Positions 1 to 12,091 are shown, counted from the first letter of the stretch. The stretch: 20,000 bases of DNA from Peribolospora baueri (GCA_029717555.1 JAMDHS010000024.1:235606-255605); one strand, 5' to 3'. The notes: generated by a model from the letters alone, not told the origin. Made by a program: numbers and translations.

Positions 1-1569
1 CCCCTGTTCCTCCTGCCGCGGACCCGGCCGCGCCTACAGATCGGTCGTTAAGACCTCCCAAATTCGTGCCTAGCTGTGCTCCACTGCCACCAAAGGCCGA
101 GTTTCCGCTCGTCGCCTCGGTTCCACCAGACGCAGGAGCGCCGGTGCCGTTTTGCAAGCCGATTCCATTCAAGTGCAGCGCGCCGGCCGCGGCAGGTGAC
201 GACGTACCATCGGCAACAGCAGCGGAGTCAAGGGGTGCACTGGTGACTAAGCTAGACGGAGCGATGCTGCCGCTACTGGCAGTGCTGACTCCACCACCCG
301 CGCCACTCATGGCCGCAAGCCCACCGAGGCCTTGGAGGTTGCCGGCACTCAAGTTCAATCCCCCGGTCACGCTCTGGAGACCGGGCGCACCGATGCCCAT
401 CGGCTGGGTCGCGCCGGGGGCGACGCCCACCGAGGGGGGCATGGTGATACCGGGGCGAGTGGCAGCAGCATTTGCAGATGCGGAAGAGGAGGCGCCGCCA
501 TGGGGATGGGAGCGCGGGGACGCTTCGTCGTGGCAGAGATGGCCGATGTCACGCTTGATGCAGCGTTGACAGGGCCGACCTGGTGGCGTGCGTTAAGGTG
601 TATGGCAAAAGGAAGGCATTATGAGATCACCCGCGCCAGGGACTGCGAAATGTCGTCCACACCCATGTACGGGTCGTGTCGTCTGTCTCGATCGCATCAA
701 TCCATCTAATCCACTTCGACCCTCTTCTCTCTTACTTAGGATATTTTCGTCGCCTACACCTCTAGCAGGCAGGCAAAGATAAGCAGAACCGCTCGAAACT
801 CACCCTCGTTACAAGTCATATGGCTCCTCCGGCAATAGATGCAAGCCAAGTTAACCTTCCTCCTCTTCGCCTTCTTTCCGTCCTTTCCGTCCTTCTCCTT
901 GCCTTGCTGCGCGGCGGTCTTCTTTTTTGAAGCGCCATTCGCGGGAGGTGATGCTGAGGCCGACTCTGGCGCCGATGCTGAAGGAGAGGAGGGTTTTCCC
1001 CCTCCGGTCCCCGTTCCTTCTGCTGATGATGGGCCATCGACATCCATCTCACGACCCTTGCCCTTCGAAGCAGCGTCTGACGGTCTTCGTCCCAGGTCTT
1101 GATTTTCAAGGCTCGCCGCATCTCCACTGTTCATAGAAGGCGCGGAACGGCCGTTCGCAGGCTGTCCGTCGCTCGCACTGGCGTTGGATGGACTCGTATC
1201 TACGGAGTTGCTCTGTGGTGCCGGCTGTTGTTGTTGTGAATACTGCTGGTATTGGGCCCCACTGGAGTGACTCCGCGAAGGAGGCCTCCACGTCATTGGA
1301 GTATGTCCCGTCGTAGGGCTTTGCTGCTGCGTGGACGACGCGTTCTGCACCGTGCGTGGCGCGCCCCCCTGGGTGTGGCCGGTAGGAGGTTGGCCGGGGA
1401 AAGCGTGTCGACTTGGGGGGAGTGAGGGATAGAGCTGGGTGATGCCAGATGACGAAAGCTGAGAGTGTGTCGAGGGAGTGCGTTGAGATATGCGAGGAAG
1501 CTGGCCGGGAGGAGGAAAAGGCCCAGAGGAGGTGGCCGTCACAGGCGGACGGGGAGGTGAGGCGGACAT
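1..1569 (-). CDS. acuM: Zn(II)2Cys6 transcription factor of the AcuM/Rds2 family (gluconeogenesis regulator); 3' part lies outside the window. Exons 1569-804 and 579-<1
   Basis: Removing a GTGAGT...CAG intron (803-580) joins KRRKVNLACIYCRRSHMTCNEG to RPCQRCIKRDIGHLCHDE, the AcuM/Rds2-type binuclear cluster. First in-frame ATG is at 1569 (the ORF track start at 1602 is TTG). Exon 2 stays open to base 1. Confidence 0.85.
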
Positions 1570-1618
1570 CGGGTCGGACGAGTAGTGGTGAAAGCGAGGC
1601 AAGGTAAACTAGTCCGTT

Positions 1619-1663
1619 TTCCCTCCTTCCTTCTTTCCTTCCTGCCTTCCTTCCTTCCTCCTT
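1619..1663. repeat. Imperfect (CCTT)n/(AAGG)n microsatellite upstream of the acuM start codon
   Basis: ttccctccttccttctttccttcctgccttccttccttcctcctt read directly. Confidence 0.8.
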
Positions 1664-1965
1664 GACTCTCTGCTTTGCAGCTGAGGCTGGCTAGAAAAGA
1701 CGAAGATGAGTTGGAGAGGATGCAGCGACTGACCAGCCAAGGCAACGATGACGGCGCACGGCCGAGGAAGTGATCCTAAGAAAGAAAGAGCGGAGCGGGG
1801 CTCACCCCAAAGTCACACTGATCGCTTCTTGCCGCAGCACTCGTCTCGCGGCGTTACACGGCGTTTAGCCACTTCTTCTTCTCTTGGGAAGGAGAAAGAA
1901 AGACGGCATCTGTCTCCTCTTGCTGCTCTCTTCTCCATCCCATCGGCCTCGTCGGCGGTCCCAAC

Positions 1966-4219
1966 ATGACGTCCCCAACTCACATCCTCTTCGAGTCCGC
2001 CTCCGGGCTCGCCCTCTTCGAGACTTCCAACGTCGAGGAGATCGGCGCCCGCACCAAGGCCGTCCAGCAGCAGATCGAAGACCTTAATGCTTTTGGTCGT
2101 ATGGTCAAGCTCGTCAGCTTCTCGCCTTTCAAGAACGCCCTTGATGCGCTGCAGAGCAGCTTGGACGTGAGCGAGGGTGGGTGTCTAGTTCGCTGCTTGA
2201 AGGGTTTAACTGCGTCGCCGGCCAACTGCCTCGCCCGCACCAGAGCTGAAATGGACCTTTCGCGTCTTGCGCCGTCCTTCATCCCATTTCGCAGGCGTCC
2301 TTAACGACCACCTCCGCTCTCTCCTCCAACTCAACCTCTCCAACTCTACCTCCAAAAAGTCCATTCTCCTCGGGGTCTCAGAGCGCGGTCTTGCGAGCTC
2401 CATCGTAGGCGAATTGGGCATCCAATGCGACACTTCGGACAAGAGTCTCGAGCTGCATCGCGGCATTCGGCTACACGCCGAGAAACTTCTCAAGGGCCTC
2501 TCAGAAGGAGATTTGACCAAAGCTCAGCTCGGTCTCGGACACGCTTACTCGAGGTCCAAGGTCAAGTTTAACGTGAACCGCTCGGACAGTGAGTCGCTCG
2601 CTCTGCCCGTCAGACGTCAAATGATACCCTGGCTCACCCCATATGTCCCGTCTCCACACCGACAGACATGATCATTCAAGCCATCGCTCTGGTTGACCAG
2701 CTCGACAAAGACGTGAATACGTTCAGCATGCGCGTGCGCGAATGGTACGGTTGGCACTTCCCCGAGCTTGTGAAGATCGTCCCCGACAACTACCAGTACG
2801 CCAAGTTGGCTCGCTTCATCCGCAACAAGTCCGCGCTAACTGAAGAGTCCCTTCCGGAGCTCGCTGCACTGTTGGACGAGGACGAGACGAGGGCGAAGAA
2901 CGTTTTGGACGCTTCTAGGACCAGCATGGGCACGGATATTGGGGAGGTCGATATGATCAATATCGAGGCGTTTGCAGATAGGGTAGTGCACCTCGCAGAT
3001 TACAGGAAGAGCATGCAGGCTTATCTCCTTGAAAAGATGCACCTTGTCGCTCCCAGTAGGTCCAGCGTTTTCTCCTTTGATACCTCTAAAGCGTCTACGT
3101 CTGATCAGTCACGTCTGACCTCTCTCCTTTCCCACTCTCGTCAGACCTCTCCGCCCTTATCGGCGAGGTGATCGGCGCGCGCCTGATCTCGCACGCCGGC
3201 TCGTTGACCAACCTCTCCAAGTACCCCGCTAGCACGGTGCAAATCCTGGGTGCCGAGAAAGCGCTTTTCCGCGCGCTCAAGACCAAGGGCAATACGCCTA
3301 AGTATGGGTTGATCTATCACGCTAGCGCGATTGGAAGGGCGGCAGCGAAGGTGAGCGGGCGCTTTCGGACAAGCTTTCTTCATCGTGAGCGTTTTCATCA
3401 GGACTCTATACTCACAACCTTGGCACTCGCTCGGATCCTTCGGTCTATGCAGAATAAAGGCCGAATGTCTCGCTTCCTGGCCAACAAGTGCTCAATAGCA
3501 TCTCGTATCGACTGCTTTACCGGTGAGTTGTTATTTCCACTGACTCGCCCTGGCCACGTAGCATGAGCGATCAGCTGAATTTTTTCCCTCTCCTAATCTC
3601 TCCAAGACACACCCACTATGAAGTTCGGGGACGCCCTCCGGGCCCAAGTGGAGGAGCGGTTAGCCTTCTACGAGACGGGCGCTCCGCCGAGCAAGAACGC
3701 CGAAGCGATGTCTAAAGTCATTGCCGCTATGGAGGCTGAGGCCGGCGATCTGATGGATGAGGACGAGAGCGATGGGGAGGAAGAAGGGAAGAAGAAGAAG
3801 AAGGACAAGAAGAAGGACAAGAAGGACAAGAAGGACAAGAAGAAGCGACGGTGAGTTGGGTCAACCGAGTTCCCACTTTCTGTTCGTCAAAAGATTTAAA
3901 CTGGCTTTCTCATCTGTTGCTCATCTTGTCCCTCGGTAACAGGGCAAGCGAGATGGAAGTTGACGGGGAAAGCGAGGAGGAAGAGAGCCCGAAGAAGAAG
4001 GAGAAGAAGGAAAAAAAGGAGAAGAAGAAGGAGAAGAAGGAGAAGGTGTGTCGGCCTATTTTTCCTCTTTCTTCATTTGTCATCTCTCTGACCTCAGCGC
4101 TGAATCCGTCCATCTCCCACGACCGTGGACTTCCCTTCTCTGCACAGGTTGCCGATGAAAGCGAATCTCCTTCGAAGAAAGAGAAGAAGCACAAGAAGCG
4201 TAAGAGCGAGACCACATGA
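1966..4219 (+). CDS. NOP56: Nucleolar protein 56, box C/D snoRNP core, ~529 aa. Exons 1966-2176, 2295-2588, 2666-3055, 3145-3350, 3453-3522, 3607-3850, 3943-4045, 4148-4219
   Basis: Motifs [95 protein letters not shown] and a KKD/KKE tail. Seven GT-AG introns give a 1590-nt continuous frame. Confidence 0.96.
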
Positions 4220-4829
4220 TCCACCCGACCAGCTCCATCTGCCCTTGTGATGAAGGCCTTTCCTCATCTGTCCTGTGAAGTTTAGAGGTGATCCTTTCTC
4301 TTTAGCGACGACGATGACTTAGGCCTTCACGTGCGGTGTCCCGCTGTCCCGTCTCCCTGTACCTGAGGACACCGGCCTTTCCTTGGACGCGGCTCTTCTC
4401 TCGGCTACTCCTCCTGCGTTTGCCTATGCCTATGCGTCTGGGTGCGTCATCTGCGCCTCTTCTTCCGCCCTCTCTTCTCCTTTGTACACTATCGATCTCA
4501 TATCGGGTCTCAGCTTAAAAGGAATCCAGGTCGAACCTGTCTTCTCGATCTCACGAAACAAGCACCTGACTTTCGCAGTCGTTCCCTTGTCGAACGCGGC
4601 AGGGCTCATCCAGGCTATGGATGGCGTAGTCTGCACAGATAGATTTTTTCACCCGTTCCCAAAAGCATCGCGCCGTTCGTCGACTGCTGTCGAATGTCGC
4701 ACTCGACGGTTGACGTGCCTCCATTAAGTCGGGTGAGAGTGGCCAAGAAACCTGAATCAGTAGTTTCGAAATAACGTACAGGTCACGTCCGAAAAAAGTA
4801 TCGTGTTTGTCTCTTCCCCACCCCACCCC

Positions 4830-6347
4830 TCACAGCTTGCTCGCCGGCCTGGCGACCTTGACCCTGGCGATGCCCATACCAAGGCTCGGTTTTCCCTTTC
4901 CGTAACAAACCTGCTCAAAAGCGAGTTGCACCTCCCCATCCGGACCCGGATCTCCCACCTTCCACACGCGCGTCTCCAGCTCGTCACCAGGTTTGACGGG
5001 TGAGGTGAAGCGGGAGGACATGAGCTTGAGTTGGATTCCGTCCGTCGGCGTTCCCGAGAATGAAGAGGCGGCTTTGAGGATCGCGCGGGCGGCGAAGCCG
5101 TACGAGCAGAGGCCATGCAGGATCGTGCCGCCTAGGCCTCCGCGCTTGCCGATCTTGGGATCGATCTGCGTCACGGAGTGGAGATCGAGGACAGAGGGAA
5201 CCCGAAGGTATCCGTCAAAACAAGCCCTGTTCTTCAAATGGGTATACGTCCCTCCGAATGCGAAGGGAAGACCTACATGAAGTGGATTGTAATCGCCGCT
5301 AAGCCGGTAGAGGACGGCCTGCGCCTGACCAGTTTTCTCCCTGTGCACAAAATCCGGTTGACGGTCCTTGGGCGGCTTGGGTCCAGTGGGCTTGGGCACA
5401 ATGGTCTTGGAGAAACCAGTCTTCTGGCCACCACCGCGGTAAAAGGTAGACGAGAGCATCCGGACGTACGGCTCACCAGAGGGGGAGACGAGGGTGGCGG
5501 CCCCTTCCAGGATTAGGGCGGAGCCTGCGTGGGAAAGAAGAAATGGGAGACGTGGGGAGAGGAGTGGGCAACAATGAAGGACGAGATGGTCCGGACTCGT
5601 AAGCAGAGACGCCGTGAGCAGATAAGGCGGATAAGGGCGACCGACTCGCCCTTGTCATGTACGCCGGTCACCTGCTGCTTGATCTTCCAGCCAGGGCCGC
5701 TCTCGACAGGGATGTCCTTGAGGATCTCGATCGATTGCTCGCCATGTACAATGCTGTGGGGGGATACGGGAAGGACCGAAGAGAAGGCCGTTTTCCAACA
5801 TCAACCCAATTGTGCGCGAAGCGTCCAGCTAACACCGAATACGGAAGCAAGGATTGGGGGGAAGGGGATGGGGGGAGAGGGAGATCAGTGCCAGTCCACA
5901 TACGTATTGGGGTCGAGCACAGGAAAGCCGGGGGTGCGGTTCCGGCCGCCAATGCGGTCCGCAAAAAGGTTCACGTCCTGGCCCTCGCCTGAAGGAAAAG
6001 ACAACCAGGTAGAAGCAGCATGAGTGAGTCATCGAGTCCCCATTCAGCGTCGGTAATCTTGTCGCTCGCACCTTTGAGCCCCAAGACAAGCGGGTAAGTA
6101 GGGAAGGCGCGAAAGCGCTTGTCGAGCTCATAGACGAGATCGAGATCATTCTCGCCCGCTCCTATTCCAACAGCATATAGGAGAAGATCGCGCTTGTTCC
6201 ACGCCACCTGAGATGGACGAGAGGTCGATCTAAGTGTCCTCCTTCCCCACACCTCAAGGAGTTCGATCAGACGAGGACGAGAATGATCAGACTCACTGGC
6301 GTGTCAGGCTGCTCAAAGCCAACGCTCTTGTTGAAATCGACGCCCAT
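4830..6347 (-). CDS. Peroxisomal (R)-specific 2-enoyl-CoA hydratase 2, MaoC/hot-dog fold, stand-alone, ~319 aa. Exons 6347-6297, 6207-6072, 5988-5904, 5753-5650, 5524-5277, 5165-4830
   Basis: DLLLYAVGIGA, FPTYPLVL, IVHGEQSIE and the hydratase-2 motif YRLSGDYNPLH-IDP...ILHGLCSYG. The C-terminus ASKL* is a PTS1 signal. The 960-nt frame requires one GC-AG intron. Confidence 0.92.
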
Positions 6348-6604
6348 GGAGAAGGCTAGCGCTGAAGCCGTTCAAGTGAGGACAGAGAAGGGAGAAGATG
6401 GAAGGAGAGGCGGGGTAGGGCAAGAGGAGTGGTGCCAACCCCGCTCCTTCCCCTCCACCGGCACCACTTAAGCCGGACGGACCATTGTCGAACCGGCCCT
6501 GGAACTGCTGCGGCAACAGCCTGACGCGCGTCCCGTCGATCGACCATCATTTATCTTCGTCTGCCGCCGCTACCTTCCCCTTCCCATCACCGTCATCCCT
6601 TACC
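6348..6604. promoter_or_regulatory. Short (257 bp) divergent intergenic region, probable bidirectional promoter for the hydratase and SCL1
   Basis: Head-to-head ATGs at 6347 (-) and 6605 (+); no specific motif identified. Confidence 0.5.
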
Positions 6605-8070
6605 ATGTCTCGTAGCTCGTATGACCGGTGAGCGCAGGTATTCCAGGGCTTTTTTCCACTGGGCGTAGCTCACCTTCTGCTCGCCCGTATGCCTGTTCGT
6701 CACCCTCACTCAGCTACCTCACAGTCTTCTCGCCTGATGGGAGGCTCTATCAAGTCGGTGAGCAGCTTGGTCTGAGGACATACAACAGGAAATGTCATCC
6801 GAGAGGTAGCGGTGCACCATCCTGACATTATGATTTGCTTCATGATTGCTGCGCAGAATATGCCTTCAAAGCCATTGTAGGCGCGGGGATCACTTCCGTC
6901 GCCGTGCGCGGTGTGGACAGCGCCGTGGTGGTAACGCAGAAGAAGGTGCCTGTGAGTACGTTGGCGCACAGCTCTCATGGCTTCCCAGAAGGAGGTAGTC
7001 TAATTCTCAGTGAAACCTCCGTCCCCCTCGACTGACGCTCCACTAGGACAAGCTCCTTGACCCCTCTACCGTGACGCACATCTTTACTATTACGCCTACT
7101 ATAGGCTGCGTTTTTACCGGTCTGACCGGTAAGTGCGACTAGCTACTTCTCGTGGCTTGTTGTCTTTTTACCTCACCGAGCTCCGCCCTTCTTCTTCTAT
7201 CACCTTCCTGCTATGGCCGCCCCCCGTTCTCCTTCCACCTAAAAGCCGATGGTCGTGCCCAACTCATTCGCGCGCGTCAAGAAGCAGCCGAGTTCAGGTA
7301 CAAGTACGGGTACGAGATCACACCTGACCTGCTCGCCAAGCGGATCGGAAACATCAATCAGGTTTACACTCAGCGTGCTGCTATGCGGCCTTTGGGCATC
7401 TGTGAGTTCGAATAAGGGAGGAGGTATCTCGTGGGTCTCGAAAAGCTTTGACGTCCATGGTTCGGACGCTGATGGGACATCCCTTTTTTATTCTCCATTC
7501 GTTTTACCTCTCTAGCCATGACGATCGTCGGTGTCGACCCGGAGAACGGCCCGCAAGTCTTTAAGGTCGACCCGGCAGGCTATTACGTCGGATTCCGCGC
7601 CACCGCCTCAGGGGCGAAACAGACAGAGGCCTTGAACTATTTGGAGAAGCAGTTCAAGAAGAGCACGAGTTCTTTGGCGTACGTGTTTGCATGATGTCGT
7701 TCTGATACGTTTGATTTTCGAGAGCGGGCGCGGCATGTTCGAGCTAGAGCTGACTCTGCCTCGAATACGGCCTACCCACGTCCTTGCACCTTGCAGTGGA
7801 GCCTCTACAGCGTCCGGTGAAGACGATGACGAGCGAGTTCGATCGCTAAAGCTGCCAGCGGACGAAGCGGTGGAGCTAGCGATTACGACACTGAGCACGG
7901 TGTTGGCTCAGGATTTCAAGGCGAACGAGATTGAAGTGGGAGTTGTTGGCGCCGCTGCTGACAAGCGCCCTGGTGGAGCTACGCCCGGATACAATGAGGC
8001 AGGAAGGTTTAGAAAGTTGAGCGAGGCGGAGATTGATGAGGTGCTCCAGAGACTCGCGGATAGAGATTGA
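6605..8070 (+). CDS. SCL1: 20S proteasome subunit alpha1 (PSMA6 ortholog), ~278 aa. Exons 6605-6627, 6714-6757, 6857-6951, 7047-7128, 7246-7401, 7516-7678, 7797-8070
   Basis: [78 protein letters not shown]; 837-nt spliced frame. Confidence 0.96.
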
Positions 8071-8383
8071 TGGAGGGTGTGAAGGGAGCACATGCGCGGA
8101 CGAGTTCGAGATGTCCGTCGGTGTACGTACAATATAGCTTCGAGAACTTAGCCAGGACGCTTGATAGTCGAGGATCCTTCGTCCTCCTTCGTTGGAGACT
8201 GCAGAAGGGGAGGTCGTGCCGCAGAGGTCGACGTAGCTACCCTGCGAGATTTTGAAGCCGAACGGCCGAACAGCCGACCGCCGGGTCGTCGATCAGCAAC
8301 CGTCGCCGGCTAAAATAACGATATGTTTCCACCACCGCCTTTTTTTTCCGTCACTCCATCGGCACTGCTCAGGGAAACGACTG

Positions 8384-10890
8384 ATGACGACGGTGGAGCT
8401 GCGACGACGACCTTTTTTGCGCTCTTCAGCGTTTCATGTCCTTTCGGCGGGCATTCTGCTCGTCGCTTCTCCAAACGCTGTTGATGCCCATGGACATCAT
8501 GTGGACCCCAGTAAGATCGACCAGAGCGTACCTATCGATGCGTGAGCCACCAGCATTACTTTTCGTACTTGCGTATCCCTCCATGGGCTGCATTTTCTGA
8601 CACTTCTTCTTTAATTTGGCGGGTGACTGGTGCCCAGGATGCTGTGGATGCACATGGTCATTCAATTCGTGAGCGGCGTTTCCGACAGGCTTCGCTTGAC
8701 TTGAGATTGGCGTGCTAATGCTGTCCATGTCCTTTGGTCTCTCCTTACCCTCACCCCATCAGGTCGTTTGGACGATCCTTTTCCCTTTTGGGATGCTTCT
8801 TGGCATGTCGCGCTCGCGTTTTCACGTACCCCTGCAAACCGTCTCCACGGTTCTCACCGTCGGCGGCTACATCCTTGCTCACAGCCACAAGGGCCGTCAA
8901 TTCGCGCACACCGTGCACGGTACCTTTGCGTCTTTTCTGATATGGTACATCGGCACCCAGGTAGGACTGGGCGTGTACCTCAAGATGCATATTATGGAGG
9001 GTACCACCGTGAGGAAATGGGCCGTTCGCGCTCACGGTGTTGTGGGCAAAACGTATCCAATCGTCGGCTGGGCGCAGTGTCTTTTCGGTTTCATCACGCT
9101 GATGGGCTACTGCATGGGCGGAAAACTAGGCCAATGCTTGGCTCATTGTGAGCGTTTGTTTATTCGCGTATCCTTATGACGATCAGGCGGGCTCAATCCT
9201 TGTGGATCCAACCCGTTTCGCAGATATCATGGGCTCCGCATTTTGCGCGTACGCCATCATCCTGACCATCATGATGAAGGCCGGTGCAGAGTGGCTGCAA
9301 CGTCGTGGGTGCAGTCAGGAGTGGTTTGATTCCTGGGTGATCATGCTTTGGTAAGCTGATGCTGGGAGCAATACCGTAGGCGCTTCTGCGCCTGAGCGCC
9401 TCGCCTCAGCCAGTCTGTACGGATTCAACTGACTATCCTTAAATGTGTGCCGTCTCTTCCGACCACCGTGCCTAATAGGGGTATCGTCAACACGTTCACC
9501 GAGCATCACGGTGGTCCTTGGACTCACAAAGATCTCCAGCGTAAGTAGCGTTTGAGAGTGAACCGGCACTTTGATTTCGCATTAATCACCCGCCTGTTGT
9601 GTTCTTTCGCCGCCATTCTAGATACGCTCATGGGTGTGCTATGGTGGACGGGCGGCGCCGTCGGCATCTGGCTCTCTCGCGGCGGCAAGGTGAGCTCCTT
9701 TCGCATATTCACCTTTCGGAACCGTCTGCTTACGATCGTTCAATGAACATTCCACGCCTTTCCAACGACGACGTCCCCATGTAGCGCAATGTCTTCCCTG
9801 CCATCATCATCATTTTCACCGGATGGGCTATGAGCGGACACGCCCAAGCACTGGTGATCAGCACAAAGGTAATTTGCGCTTTTCTTACCTGCAGTGCTGA
9901 CATCATAGCACTGATTTGGGACGGACTGGGTTCCTCGTGTCTGGTATCCCTCCCTCCTCTCCCTCAAGATCCATGCTCTCTTCGGTTACGCTCTCATGTC
10001 CGCTGGACTAGCTCGCATCGTCGAAGTTTGCTTTGTCCTGAAGGACAAACCCACGCCATCTGCCGCTCAAGCTGCTGCTGACCAAGTGGTTCAGGAAGGA
10101 GCTGCTTCCACGTCGAACGAGAGAAAGACGGACGATTACGTTTCTCCTGTGCGCGCCTTCCAGTACCTGCCTCCTTACCTGCTCGTCGTCAGCGGTATCA
10201 CTTTTATGAGCGCCACAGATGAAGAGCTCAAGTATGCCGACTCGTTGGACATCGATCAGTGCGTATGCAGTATTTTTGTCGGGCACCTTGTAGCCAGGCT
10301 TGCTCACATCCTTTCTTTGTATGGCTGTTTCCTCCTTTGGCAGCATCACCTACGGGATGATGTCCTTCTCGGCCGCATTCCTCATCTTCCTCTGGTTCAA
10401 CATCCTGATCGACCTCTATGTTTCTTGGACCCTATATCCTTCCTCCAACGCGGCTTCGGCGTTGAAACTCGAAGCGGACGAAGGCACAGCTGGCACCAGT
10501 TTTGGTCGAGCGGTGGCGGCCGTGCGTGGGCCGGCCGTGCGTGGGCCGGCCGCTCGTGGGCGCGGCCTCTATTCACGCCTGAGGGAGTCGCTCAGCGACG
10601 CGCGAGAATCCATGGGCGCCGTTCGTCTCTCGTCGGCCGGCCTCAGCCCGGGATTCGATTGGACGTCAGGCGTGCCACCTTCGCCGCCCGATTCGCGAGG
10701 TCAGTCCGGATCGATCGTCCGAACCAGAGCCGGTGAGCGGGAGGTGCTGCATGACGCCAGCATGGAGATGCGCGACCTGTCCGACCCGGACGCGGAGGAG
10801 CCGGATCCGTTTGGGGATAGCGAGGATGAGGACGACGCGGCGAGGGTGGGTGGAAGGTACTCGCGCACCTTGACCACCGCCGCCCGCTGA
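8384..10890 (+). CDS. YTP1: YTP1-family polytopic membrane protein with N-terminal signal-like segment, ~583 aa. Exons 8384-8541, 8638-8668, 8763-9147, 9224-9350, 9479-9540, 9622-9689, 9785-9868, 9969-10258, 10344-10890
   Basis: [106 protein letters not shown]; 1752-nt spliced frame. Confidence 0.88.
10516..10560 (+). repeat. 15-bp tandem repeat x3 inside the YTP1 last exon ([15 protein letters not shown])
   Basis: gcggccgtgcgtggg ccggccgtgcgtggg ccggccgctcgtggg. Confidence 0.85.
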
Positions 10891-11164
10891 CGCGCTGGAA
10901 GGACTCCTCGCGAGGTCAACGCCGCGAAGCTATGGGTTCGGGCCGTCGTGCGAGAGGAGAGTCCAGTCGTGTCTGGTGTTAAGTCTGCAGAAGAGGATCT
11001 TCTTCATTGCGCCGTTCCACTATCTCTCCTTCCCTTCAATCCAATTTCTTCGTAGTTGCCTGAACTTGTAGCCTCCTTTTTATTAGACGAAATCAATGTC
11101 GTCCACCGAGTACTGTCTACAGTGTACAAGGAGACGAAGGACGAAAGAACGCACGAGAGGCCGT

Positions 11165-12091
11165 TCAAAGCACGCCCTTGGTGCTCGGCACATCGTTGCC
11201 GCCAGTGCGCTCGATTGCTTGTCGGAGCGCGAGTGCGAGGGCTTTGAACGCGGACTCGGCCCTGCGGGTGGACACCGAGAGAAAAGAAGACGTGATTGAG
11301 CGGTGGGGTAAGCTTTCGGACTTGCTGGAGGACGGAGGACGGGAGGGCCTCATTCGACGCGTGCGCAAGTTGAACTACGCACTTGTGGTGATCGTTCTCG
11401 CCCTTGAGCACGTCGACGTGCATGGTCAGACCGGAGGTCATAGCGAAGGAGTGGAAAATGTGAGGGAACATTTCAGTCGACAGGTCGCCGATCTTCTCTC
11501 GCTTGAGGTTGAGCGATGTCACGCAGTACGGTCGGCCTGAGACATCTACCACTGCTCGGGAGAGAGCCTGCATGAGAAGGAGGATCGAGGCGACCCTGCC
11601 GGCTGTGAGTGAAGGATGTCCGGAGAAGCAGGCGCAACGGCAAAAACGCACCTCATCCAAAGGCGCGTGTCCAGTCCCATAGCGTCTAATCCCCTTCACC
11701 TCCCCAAGCGCTTGCTTGAACGCGGCGCCGATAGCCAAGGCAACGTCCTCGGCGGTGTGGTGGTCGTCGATGTGAAGGTCGCCCTTGCAGGAGACGGTGA
11801 GAGACATGCCGCTGTGCTTTGCTAGTGCGTGAAGCATCTACCGTGGCGGAGAGGGCGCAAAAGTAATGAGCATCTGTTCGCTTTTGGTTTGCTCGGCCGA
11901 CGGCCAGAGGGCTGACTCACATGGTCGTAAAACCCGATGCCAGTAGAGATGTTGATGACCTGAGGAGCGAAAGAAGGGTGCGAGTCAAGGGCGATCTCGA
12001 CCTTGACGTCGGTCTCGTTCGTCTTGCGCGCCAGGCTGGCCGTGCGTGCCACAAAGGGCTGCTGCTGCTGAGCGACTGCTCCGTCTCCCAT
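11165..12091 (-). CDS. HIS3: Imidazoleglycerol-phosphate dehydratase, ~212 aa. Exons 12091-11921, 11837-11652, 11567-11383, 11261-11165
   Basis: [78 protein letters not shown]; 639-nt spliced frame. Confidence 0.97.

Noticed and set aside
1810..1817. AAGTCACA, a Homol-D-like motif upstream of NOP56
   Set aside because: One mismatch in an 8-mer and a single occurrence; not distinguishable from chance
3780..4045. AAG-rich repeats
   Set aside because: Normal KKD/KKE tail of NOP56, not a separate element
7691..7753. ATGATGT...CTGA in SCL1 intron 6 as an intronic C/D snoRNA
   Set aside because: Box C is imperfect, the distal CTGA is the branch point (GCTGAC), and there is no terminal stem
11913..11919. 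TGACTCA Gcn4/CpcA site in HIS3
   Set aside because: It is the reverse complement of the intron 1 donor GTGAGTCA, which already explains it
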